Source: Microbotryum violaceum (taxonomy: Eukaryota). Taken from it: a stretch of 64,000 bases of DNA. Positions 1 to 14,579 of this stretch are shown one piece after another. How positions within the stretch are numbered: position 1 is the first letter of the stretch; every line of letters starts with the position of its first letter. Location: assembly GCA_001244265.2 (NCBI GenBank), contig CDLV01000006.1, positions 558,001 to 622,000 of the forward strand, read 5' to 3'. The position numbers and the translations under genes were made by a program. A model generated the notes under the pieces. The model was given only the letters and a program-made list of their open reading frames with translations, did not search any database and was not told where the DNA came from.

Positions 1-349
1 GGCCGACCTCTCGACTCGGCTCCGACACCGGCCAGCTTTCCTGACTCTAACACAAGGCGCACCTTGCTGACCGTATGTTTCCATTGATACATATCACCTG
101 CGAACACGGCGGATACTCGATGTCGCTGCACTCTGAACCTGCACCTACCGGGCTTGGCCGCCACGCTCCGCTCGTCCGTATCGTCCTCGACCGACCTGGG
201 CCTTCATCCTCGCTCCCGACCTCGGCGCAATCTCGGCTGTGCCTTCACAATCATCCGCAATCACTCTCCGAATTGACGTGTAACCATCTGCACCGCATTC
301 GCCATCGCCCGCACTGTCCCAAACGATGACGATCGACAACGTCCTACAG

Positions 350-2607
<2,258 letters not shown>

Positions 2608-2981
2608 GCAACTTTCGAAGTTTGGAAGGATGTTTCGTGTGTTTGCGGTGATGGCGTGAAGTGGGGACCGAATTAGATGTGTGGCCGGCGTTTCCCTTTA
2701 CTCGAAGACGTCCTTTCCTCCGTTTGGCCTTCTTTTTCCCGTAGCCTGTTCTGTTTCTTTCGCTATGTCATCCGAGCTGTGTTTTCTTTCTTGTTTGTCT
2801 GATTGGAGTTCTTGCACTTCCCTTGCATTTGGGGAGACATGGGCTGTCACTGTGCCGAGCTTGGCTGGGCGTTCGTTTTGAGCTCGGACCGCTCGTTCTG
2901 ACTTTCGCACCCACTTCGCGCCGGAGGGCAGCAGTCGACGGTCTCCTCCTTCTCGAGCTCTCGTCCCCTCGGACACGAGCC

Positions 2982-3756
2982 ATGATTTTGTAAGCTCCCT
3001 TCCCACAAAACCGCACAACTCTCTTTGGCAAGCTGATACCAGTTTGCCACATCTCTCCCGACAGCTGCAATTACTGCGCCAACCTCTTGGTCGTCATCGA
3101 CTCGGGAGCGGGCAACAAATGGGCGTGCAAGACCTGTCCTTACGAGTACCCGATCAAGAAGAGTGTCAGTCGAAAGGTCCTGGAAGGAGGCGAACTGAAG
3201 ACCGTCCTGATACTGACCACTAGTCGAGTTAACCTCGGGGCAGTATCGCGAACGGGAGTTCCTGACCAGGAAAGAGGTCGATGATGTGCTTGGTGGGGAG
3301 GATAGTTGGAAGAATGTTGATTCGACAGCATGTACGTCTTTGCCCTGGCTGTGGTCGAACACGTGCGCGTGAATTTCGAAATTCATCCCAAATGAAGCTG
3401 ACATTTCCCCCCCTCCCCCTTTTCTTCTTCCTCAGACGATTGCCCGAAAGAATGCGGCGCCAACCGAGCGTTCTATATGCAGATCCAAATTCGATCCGCG
3501 GATGAACCTTCGAGTCAGTCCTTCTTTCTACAGTGTTGGTGAAAAGGACTCTCGCCGATCGGAACCTGACGTGTTGATTCGGTGAAACTTGCGGTTCCGT
3601 AACAACCAGCTACTTTCTATCGGTGAGTGCCTTGTTTCCGACTCCGAAGAGGTCCTCTACGAGTACTACTGACGTTCGACCCGGAACCGTTTTCTCCTAT
3701 TCCTTCCCGAAAGGTGTACAAACGCGAAATGTGCATTCCAATGGCGTGAGAACTGA
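2982..3756 (+). CDS. RPC11: RNA polymerase III subunit C11 (TFIIS-like zinc ribbons)
   Basis: Spliced: MIFCNYCANLLVV...WACKTCPYEYPI...RKEVDDVLGGEDSWKNVDST..DCPKECGANRAFYMQIQIRSADEPSTTFYRCTNAKCAFQWREN*. Contains the QIRSADEP motif; 5 introns. Confidence 0.95.
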
Positions 3757-4133
3757 GTTTCGTTCCTTTGCCAAGGACGCTTTCGAACACCTCGAGGATA
3801 TCTGGTCCGTGGGTGAGGGGGTGTCTAATGAGTTAAGGGTCTCCTCTTCGAATGTCTTCTCTATGTTGTAAAAACGAACCTTTCGTTTGAGTTCTCCGAA
3901 GGCAATGCATTCGTAGACCAATTCTCGCACCTCGAACGTGCTGCGCGAAGTTCTCTGTCTTGGCCCCACTACTTCGAACACCAGAAGGCCCCTAAGGGAG
4001 GGGACCGATCCCGACGAAAAGATCAAATTTACTAGTCGTATACAGTTTTGCAGTTGTAGCGAATACATAATTAGGCACAGCATACGATGAACCAAGGATG
4101 TCAAGACATGAAAGATAGTCTCAAACCCCCTTT

Positions 4134-7100
4134 TTATGTGGCTGATGATCGCGGTCGTGCTCCTCCTCCTCCACCACTAGCATTGCCACCGGCACTCGAA
4201 CCAGCACTCGTACTCGTGATCCGACGGGTGTTGGTGACGAGCCAATCGTCGTTATCGGTGATGCGCTTGACATAACAGGTCCAATACTTGAGCACTGGGG
4301 AGGAGCAGGTGGGTCCAGAGTGTGAGTGAGAAGACGGGGCTTGGGTAGGCAGGGCCTAGCTAGTGCTCACGGTCGTTGGACAACCATACTTGTCGATAAG
4401 GTGAGAAATGCTTCTCATCGACATCGGGATAGGTGGCCAGATCTGTTATTCACGGGTATGCAGCACCAGAGTCAGCGATTAGATCATCTTCTCGGCGGCG
4501 AAGGGGGGGGGGGGGGGGCTCACATTCTTCGAGCGTAACGAATCCTCGCTTCGCTTCAGGTCGATTCATGACGCGTGACTCGCGCTTCTCAAAATCTGTG
4601 GCCAGAAGAAACTTGAACGTCAAGACCTGTACAGCGATTCGCCGACCGCATGCCACCGCCACCTTCACTCACGCAACGTCCAAGCGTGCTTGAGCAGAGG
4701 CAACAAGGGTTCGTTCTGCCTCCCGCGCACGATGTTGATCGACGCGATGTCGTTTTGAATGTGGCGGAAGAGCGAATGCATCAACCTCGACGTCGCGTCG
4801 TAACTTTCTCCGGTACCCGTCGGCATCGTCACGGTGATGTAACAGGAGCCGAGCAAGAGCTGCGGCGTTAAAAAAAAAGGAAATGATGAGTATACCGAAT
4901 TGTGCATTAGGTTGGAAGAATGGACCCACATCTTGCTCCGCAAGAACGAAGCCTGCAGGGGTCCTCCCATTCGCAGTCAAACTGGGCGTGTTCGCACCAC
5001 GACTCTTCTCACCCTTGGATCGAGGTTTTCTCGCCGTCATCCACCGCAATGCCAGGTAGCGCCGCGTCGATGTGGTAGGCTCAATGTTCTGCAAGACAGG
5101 GCGATGAAAGTCGTCAACGATCCGATCAGTAATCCAAGATTGAACACGTGCGGCTCACCTCTCGAATCGCTTTTTCAAAGCTCCTGCAAATCGAAGTCGC
5201 AACCGAATAACGTCAGCCAGCGAATCGAAACGAGTCAAGAGCTGCGCTGAGAAACAGACACACGGCCACGAATCCGTAGCCAGCAACAAGACCTGCTCGA
5301 ACGTCGACGCGAGCGGGGCCGCGCTCTCCATCATGTCGGGGACGGCGAGCGTGCCGAGAATGTGGAGCATATAAAGCTCGCGGCACATGGCGACCAAGTC
5401 CGGGAGCTGATCGGGCGGAAGGGACGTGATGGGCCAAACGTCGCTTTTAGGGGTACACCACGCAGAAGATATACCTAGATCAGTTTGAAGTCCGCGGAGG
5501 CCTTCATTCTGAATGATGTACTTACTACGACATCTCACTGAGGCTACCCTGCCGAGCGTGAGAGAGTTGACAGGTTCGTCGTCCACCAGGGAAGAGTTCT
5601 CTTGCTCGCCAACGTCCGACACTGCTCGATCCAAATCATTACGCGGGTTAGCTATACTCACACACGAGATGCCGACGCCAATGCACACATAATTTACCCT
5701 TTCGTGCCACCCCCACCACCGCAATCGGAACAACGTCGATACTTGTCCAAGCAACTAGCGCATGCGACCTCGGGCGTGTACTCGACCTCAGTTCCCAGCG
5801 GTACATCTTTGAGCACGCACGTCAACTCGCCACTGCCGATATCACGTCGACAAATGTCACACGTCAACAGATTCTCCTCGCCTTTGACCCGTTTCTTCGA
5901 TGCCGAAGTCGCCGCCGCATGAGGAGCCGATCGATGCTGCGCAGATCCAGTCGGTGACGCTCCGTGGTTCGGTGATCGTCCCAAAGTGAGGCTTTCGAGT
6001 CGATCCACGGCTGCGGAGAGCGTGTCGGCGTATGTGGCTTCGGGTTCACGGTTCGCCGAGGAGGGCTTGTCTCGGGTTGATACAGGAACGCACCCCAGGC
6101 AATAGTATACCCCCCTTGGGACGACCTGATCTTTGGCCTTGTCGATCGACGTGCCGCGCAGAGACAGTTTGCCGACTGGCTCCGCGCACATTTGACACGA
6201 CACCGGCAACTCAAGACAGGGGCGTGCTGATCCAGGCTGCGTCGATTTCTTGACCGCGATCGCCTTAATACCCGGAATCATAGAAGGCACCAGATTCCCG
6301 GGGGACCCCGCGAGGTTCTTGCTTGCTTCTTCCGCTGCCGCAAGTTCCTCCCTGATCTTTCTCCGTTCAGCCGCAGCGACGAGCACAACCGCCGATGGGG
6401 AACTCGCCGCTTCCGATGTCGTTGCTGACCCACTCGAGCCGGGAGCACTGCCAGGCGTCATCGGCGGCGTCGCGATCAAGCGACTATCGTAGAAGCCCGA
6501 CTTTGAACTGTGGGTTCCGGCGGTATTGGTGGACAGAGCGTTGTGGGCAAAGGTGAACGCGTGCGACGACGAGTAGATGGCCGGGTTCAAGTTCCCGGTG
6601 GGTGGTCCATGCCACGAAGGGTCGGAGGTATTGGAAGTACCAAGTGCCCCACGGGAGAGTGAAACGGGAGAAGCGTAGCGGAGCGGAACCGGACCTCCCT
6701 GAGGAGCAGCGCTGAAAGGCGCTGACGGGTTCCTACTAGAGTCGTACGCTTCTTCGAGCGGCACTGGATGCGACGTCCCGTTCGGACGAAGCGCGGCGTT
6801 AGATTGCCCGTTCCAGGATTGATCAAGTGCGGACGGCGACGACGAATGGTAACCGTGATCCATTGCCATTGAAGCCGCTGCCGGAGCGTCATACTCGTGA
6901 GGGAGGTAGTAGTGACCCGTATGTTGCAAGTGAAACTGTTGTTGCGCTTGGAGTTGAGCCGGGTTGGCGACCGAAGCCCATTCTCCAGATGCCGGGTAGG
7001 ATGGATGTCGCGAAGAGTGAGTGGAAGTCCGGCTGGTCGAAGAAGAGCGCGAGACTGCCAGGAATTTGTAGCGCATCCGAGGGGGTCAGTGATTTGCTCG

Positions 7101-7992
7101 AAGCGCCTCGCATGTCGGGTCATGACCACTTACCTGAACCGGCCAATGCGGGGTATTCGTGGTACCGCCATTCACTCTGATAAGGCGCGTAAGGACCCAG
7201 ATCTGATACCACTGTATGCATAGGAGCTTCGAATGGCGCCGAGTTCACAGAATGCCGTGGGGTAGATGATGATTGAGAGTGCATGGCTCCGGGCCACTGC
7301 TCTTGCCGCTGCTGTTTGTGTGGGCGAGGAAAAGGAGGCTCTTGCTGCTGAGACTGCTGCAAGGCGGACCAATCCGGTCCGTGGTGGTTATCGTGCAATG
7401 CGAATTGGGTATGAGAGTTGTCGAACGAGTGCTCGAGGGGATGTTGTGTTCGAAATGGGTCGGGTTGATACGAATACGCATCGGCCGAGGGGTAAGAGTC
7501 CGAGGTCGAGTTCGGTCGGTGGTGGGCGTCATATGCGAGAAGCTGGTACGGCCCCGGCGTTCCGTCCGAGTAGCTTGAACTGGAGGTCACATCCTGGTAC
7601 GCGGTACCCACAGATTGACTGTAAGATGGAATAGATTCAGAAAGGCGCGAGGTCGACGCGAGGCTCCTGTCGTGCCCAGGTTGGGTAGTCACCGCTGAGC
7701 ACCGTGGATCCGCCACCGCTGATAGGTCTGACGCGGGATACGACGCATACGACTGATCGATGAAATTACTTGCATCATAACCAGATTCGATCTGTGCACC
7801 CCAAGACCCGGAAGCGCCGGCGTAGACGTTTGCTTGCAGGTGTTGCTGGGCCCGGTGAGCTTGGACCTGGTATCGCATATCGTCTTGCCGAGGTGAGGCC
7901 TGTGAGGACCCGCACTGCAAGGCGGCGCTCATGAAGTCGAAGCCAAGGCGGCCCGAGTCGTCGTCGCATCGGGGGTCCGAAGGGTGGCTCAT
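4134..7992 (-). CDS. Hypothetical protein: long low-complexity N-terminus, Cys clusters and a structured C-terminal domain
   Basis: ORFs 7120-8043, 5694-7076, 5155-5754 and 4665-5094 join through GT-AG introns. Motifs CQMC..CLGC and CDIC..CASC..CSDCGGGG; last exons read YLATYPDVDEKHFSPYRQVWLSND and LKYWTCYVKRITDND...SSAT*. Start ATG uncertain. Confidence 0.7.
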
Positions 7993-8366
7993 AATGTCAA
8001 GGCAGTGCACGCACGCCGAGGAGGTATCCTGTGGAGCCTCCAAGGCTTGGGAGATCTAGGACCCCAGCTGCTGTCGTTGTCCTCCCGCCGGTCGCTCTTC
8101 CTCTTCGCCCGCCGCCTTCACGACGTCGTCGACCGGCGGACGGTCACTTTGCCTGCAGTATGTCTCGGAGCTGTCGCGTCCTCCACACGACCCCGAGAGA
8201 GAAAAGCGTGACGTTGTACCGCACTATGAGGACCAGAAGAGGGTCAATCGAGGTTTAAACTGGCACTCCAAGAGGTAGCAGGAGCTCCAAAGTCGAGGCA
8301 GACACTGCCCAGTCGAGGATTGCGAATTGCGACCCGATCAGGCGCGCCTTAGATAATCGGAATTAG

Positions 8367-8670
8367 GTTAATCCCGCGAATAGCAGGGCACTTTGTTCCC
8401 GAGGATGGCAACTCTGGTCCCACATCGGAGGCGACTCTGGGATCACATCGGAGCGAACTTTGGGATCACATCGATGCGGACTTTGGGATCACATCCGAGG
8501 TCATTCTTGTACCACGTTCATGGGGACTTTGGTAACACATAGTATAGACGCCTGTATCTCTTGCAATGTGTGATGTATCACTCTGGGAACAGTAGTTTGA
8601 TGCATGTACAGGTCTATAGTACTTCTGGCCGGTGAGAAAAGGCGGACAATGCAGTAGTAGTTGCTACATC
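8367..8670 (+). repeat. Left terminal inverted repeat containing a 23-bp tandem array
   Basis: Units of the type ACT(C/T)TGGGATCACATCGGAGCGA start at 8411, 8434, 8457, 8480, 8503 and 8526. Confidence 0.9.
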
Positions 8671-9001
8671 AGGCTCTTCCCTGGCCTACTTGGCCGCTTC
8701 GGCGCCCGGCCGTGCTGTCAGCGATCCCGGGACCTAATCCAGACGACTGTCGGACTGCCAACGTCTGGCAGTGACGAGGCAGCAAGCGTTGCATGCAACA
8801 AACATCGTAGGGTGGAGCAAACCTTTTTTCCCTATGCCTTGCCACTGTAACGTCCTTATCACTAACCAGTTCAGTGACGCCATCACATAAACCACACGGG
8901 TGAGCTCTAGCTCCATAAGGCCTGTAACCGTTAGAACCCTTATTAGAAACCGGCAAACTCACGACTGCCGCTGAAACGAGCATTTAATTGATTTATTATT
9001 A

Positions 9002-9008
<7 letters not shown>

Positions 9009-9033
<25 letters not shown>
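9009..9033 (+). repeat. Poly(A) tract (A25) after an AT-rich stretch
   Basis: ATTTATTATTATTTTTTT followed by 25 A residues. Confidence 0.9.
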
Positions 9034-9035
<2 letters not shown>

Positions 9036-10344
9036 CATTGAAGCTTCGTACGCTCCTCGTCTTTACACCCCACTCGCCCACTCGTACACATACAATCCTC
9101 ACACAAAGCGCTCCTTTCCTTCCTTGTTGAGCGGATAGTTCGTCCATTTCGAGCACAACAACGCCTGGATGGGGTACCTTCTAGACGACGCCAAGTACGC
9201 TCATGTCAACAACTTAAGCGATGAACCAACTGCAAGTCAAATACAAAGGGGACCGCTCACCCATTGCGCTGCGACAACAAAGCTCGCCAGAGCCATACCT
9301 ACCGGATGATGAATCGGATTCATATGAGGATGAGGATGATTCGAAATTCTCGGCAGCTTTGGTCACGGTTTCCCCAAAGTCCTCCGAGTCGATGTCTCGC
9401 ACCTCCTCCGAGTCAGGCTCGGTGCTTTCGAATTCTCGCAAGAACTGTTCCAGCGATTCCGAAGAGGATTCGACAAGCGATTCATGCTACGGAGTCGAAG
9501 AAGACAGATCAGAGGAGGCATTACCTGACAACGTCGTCTCCGCACCACTCCTGGCTCGGAAAGACCAAGAAGATTTGGACCGGCATACCTGCGAGCTCTC
9601 TCGGCGGAACGCAGACCGACGAACTGTCGAACACGACGCGCGGAGGAATTTTTCTAAAACATCATCTTCACGGCTGCAGAGCACAACGAGCTCCATCTCA
9701 GGCCGCTCGTTCCACGCAAGCAGAAATCTGGTACGCAAACCTCCCTATCCTGGAGCTCCCAAGGTTCATAGCTACAGAGGTGTGTCGAAGCTGCGTGCTG
9801 CGCTGCGTTTTGTTTCGTCCTGTAATCGAACTAACTCTTATTCGTGAGATATATCAACAGATGCATGACTGGGCTCCATGCAAATATGAACGCTGTCGTC
9901 GAGCGACCTTACGGTAACGCGCCCTCGTCTACTCATCATCAACAGCCGTCGGACGTGGCAGTGGGGATCTGATGACGTCCAGAACTGCCCATCACTCTTC
10001 TAGAAGCTTGGATTCAACCCGCGAATTTCGACCTGTTGTGGAGGTTCTGCGGATGGCCGTCGTTGCTCGGGGGCCTGCAAAAGAGATCGGCGGGGGAACA
10101 TCATTTAACTGCAATGATCATACAAGCAAAAGTCCTCCGATGTCGAAGCGTGACTTAGTAGAATCTGTATCTTCGTTCGATCTCTATGAATTGTTCTTCA
10201 TGGATGAGAGAAGCGAGGGACCGGTGCCAATTCTGGTCTAATCCGAGTCGGCGCAATCACGTTCGGGAGTGTCGGCCTTGGCGGTTCAGGCGCCGGACCG
10301 CTGCTGACACCACGGGCGCGGAGAGGCCAAGCGGGGCAGAACAT

Positions 10345-10646
10345 CGATGTAGTAGCTACTGCTTCGTCCGCCTCGTCTCACCGGCCAGAAGTACTATAGA
10401 CCTATACATGCATCAAACTACTGTTCCCAGAGTGATACATCACACATTGCAAGAGATACAGGCGTCTATACTATGTGTTACCAAAGTCCCCATGAACGTG
10501 GTACAAGAATGACCTCGGATGTGATCCCAAAGTCCGCATCGATGTGATCCCAAAGTTCGCTCCGATGTGATCCCAGAGTCGCCTCCGATGTGGGACCAGA
10601 GTTGCCATCCTCGGGACCAAAGTGCCCTGCTATTCGCGCGATTATC
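10345..10646 (-). repeat. Right terminal inverted repeat
   Basis: Reverse complement of 8367-8670; about two mismatches seen over 8375-8637. Confidence 0.9.
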
Positions 10647-11000
10647 AGATAATTCCGAGCGCTCAAAAGCGGAGTCCGTTGGCTGGTGCCAATTGATGTT
10701 GCCCCTCAAAGCCGGGATACGGCTCAAGAACTCCTTTCGAAGAGGCTCGACGTAAGTGTTTCAGATGTAGCTGCAAGTGATAAAACGTAATTTGCGTCAG
10801 CAGGTTATTCCGATTCGGTTCACCAGGCCACTGGCACGTACGCTCGCCAATCAAACGTTCCGCCCATGCGGTCTTCAAGATATTTTTGTTGCGCAATCTC
10901 GTCTGCAACGCCTCTGAAAAATTCTTCGCACGCTCTGCAAGCCTTGTTCTTGGCGTCACGATGCTCCGCGTTGCGGATCCTGATAAAGGTGACCTAGAAA
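10647..11000 (-). pseudogene. Spliced gene fragment with an in-frame stop, abutting the TIR element
   Basis: IRNAEHRDAKNKACRACEEFFRGVADEIAQQKYLEDRMGGTFDWRA, then a GTACGT..CTGAC..TTGCAG intron, then YI*NTYVEPLRKEFLSRIPALRGNINWHQPTDSAFERSELS. No family recognised. Confidence 0.4.
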
Positions 11001-11162
11001 ACAAGCCTTCTCGGCCCCGGTGGGTTCCTCGGACGGAACGGCGGCTTTCGATGCCGAAATTAAAATTAGGTCTTTCGTTGAAGTCTTATTCAGTCTGATC
11101 AACGGGTCAAGTTATAGCTCGCTTGGAGCCGCCGAGCACGGCGAGTAGAGTCCGAGTGGTGC

Positions 11163-11189
11163 GGTGGTGGTGGTGGTGGTGGTGGTGGT
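11163..11189 (+). repeat. (GGT)9 microsatellite
   Basis: Read directly from the sequence. Confidence 0.85.
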
Positions 11190-12546
11190 TGGGGGCGGGC
11201 GGGGGGGGAGGAGGAATCGGCGGATAGTGATACGCTTCGTTCTTACGATTTGGGTGAATGTAGTGGTGTCGGCATGAGGCGAGATCGTCCGACGTCCAGA
11301 CACATACTCGAACGGGGTGATGTTTGACTCCGCCCTGTTTGTAGTTCCGGGCTCGCCTGTGTGCACTCCTTTGACAAAGCAACCTGGTTGTACTCACCTT
11401 CTCCGGCCAGGAGCGTGCATGCATGACCCCTGACTGCGGTGCGTCGCTCCCGCCAGTTCTTCGCTGAGGGATGCGCTTTTAGCACTTCAGATCCATCATT
11501 CAAAACCCTGTTAGGATCTACCTATCAGCCACGCGCAAAACCGCAGACTTTAAAAAATCCCGCTAAAGAGCAGGATTCCACCGGTGGCCCCGGTCTTCGG
11601 CCCCGATCATGGGTTTTATTCCGTGACCTGCACCGCATCGACGCGCGCACATGGGTGATTGCAGATGCCCGGACCGCCATCAACTGCGTGTGAGCCAATC
11701 CGTAACTTTGGCAATCGAAGCTTCTGTAGTCGACTCTTGTTCCTCTTCTCTTAAGATTGGAAACGCTTGAGGTTTCACTTGTCCCGAGTGCTAGAGGATC
11801 GTGCGACCTTTCGTACCCAAGCCTCTCAAGTTGATTATAAGTTGGTCTAAGCTCCAGGATAGACGCACCGCACTTTCGGCGCTAGCGAACTGATCATCCC
11901 CGATTGCAGGCGCGGATGCCGCGGATACGTAAAATAAAGGATCGCTGCGCGACTTCTTTCCTCCTGGCGCCGCTGGGCGGAACCTTGGCTCTAAAAGCTA
12001 GCCCCGAAAAGTCGCTGGCGCCGGTCAAAGGGTTCGCGAGATGTTGAGGCGACAAGTCGACGCGAAGGGTGTGCTGCTGGGGAGGAGGAGGCGGAGGCGA
12101 GGAATGGGTAATTAACCCGAATGGGAGGCCCAGTGGTTTGCGTTTTGCGAAGCGACGATCCATGGCATTTCTTTCGTCACAACCCCACCCCGGTCAGATG
12201 CTCCTGGCAGCGACTCCGACCCAGCTGCACGCGGTCTTCAAGCCATCTCCACCTCGGTCGACAAGGTCCCCCTTTCTTTTTCTGTTGCTTTCGAATTGGT
12301 TTCACCTCGGAACTCTTACGCTGGCGGTGCTAAGTGGCAGGCGACTTGTCCTTGTTTAGCCTAGCCAGATCCAACTCCTACATTGAGCCACCCTCGTGAA
12401 CCCTTTTCGTGTTTTGTAGTCTTTGAGTGCACGTATCGAGATGCGCATGCACCACGGATTTGAAATTCGAGTGTCTTATATTACAACGCTCTTGCGCGCT
12501 TTCAGGTGACTCGACCAGGTGTACGCAATGGCAAAGTGTGCTATGT

Positions 12547-14248
<1,702 letters not shown>

Positions 14249-14579
14249 CCTTGATGTTGATGTCGTGTGTTTGCGCGTCGTGGCCGGAAGGTAGACCGGG
14301 TCTAGTCGCGAGTGCCAAGGTGGGGGACGAAAACGGTTTTATTAGATGACCAAGATACATAGCTAGATCGAGGCCTATTCTTCTCTGAAAAATCGGAGGA
14401 GGTGCATTTTTAAAAAACAAGTCGGCAACAATTGATCATTAGCTCGACCGCTACGTCATGGGCTACGAAAAAAAAACCCCCTAGACCGGCTGACCCGCGA
14501 GACGTCTACCCTGCACTCGACAGGCGGCACGCTCCTGAGGAGGTACTGAATCCGGTAAAGGCGCCATAACGGAAAAAAC

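Larger units (their letters stand above)
8358..10646. mobile_element. Non-autonomous foldback-type DNA transposon with long terminal inverted repeats
   Basis: 8367-8670 is the near-perfect reverse complement of ~10345-10646; weaker similarity continues to ~8765/~10258. AGATAAT is directly repeated at 8351-8357 and 10647-10653 (possible target-site duplication). Confidence 0.85.

Noticed and set aside
75-329. 84-aa ORF as the VMA2 first exon
   Set aside because: No resemblance to subunit B N-termini, and the candidate donor phase does not match the acceptor at 349/350.
4503-4518. G16 run as a possible frameshift site
   Set aside because: It lies just inside a GTGAGC...AACAG intron of the minus-strand gene; the spliced frame is continuous.
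8411-8548. Regularly spaced repeats resembling a CRISPR array
   Set aside because: Units are contiguous 23-mers without unique spacers, are mirrored in an inverted arm, have no cas genes nearby, and the context is eukaryotic.
8860-8985. Possible hammerhead ribozyme near CTGAAACGAG upstream of the poly(A)
   Set aside because: No CTGANGA core in a suitable position on either strand.
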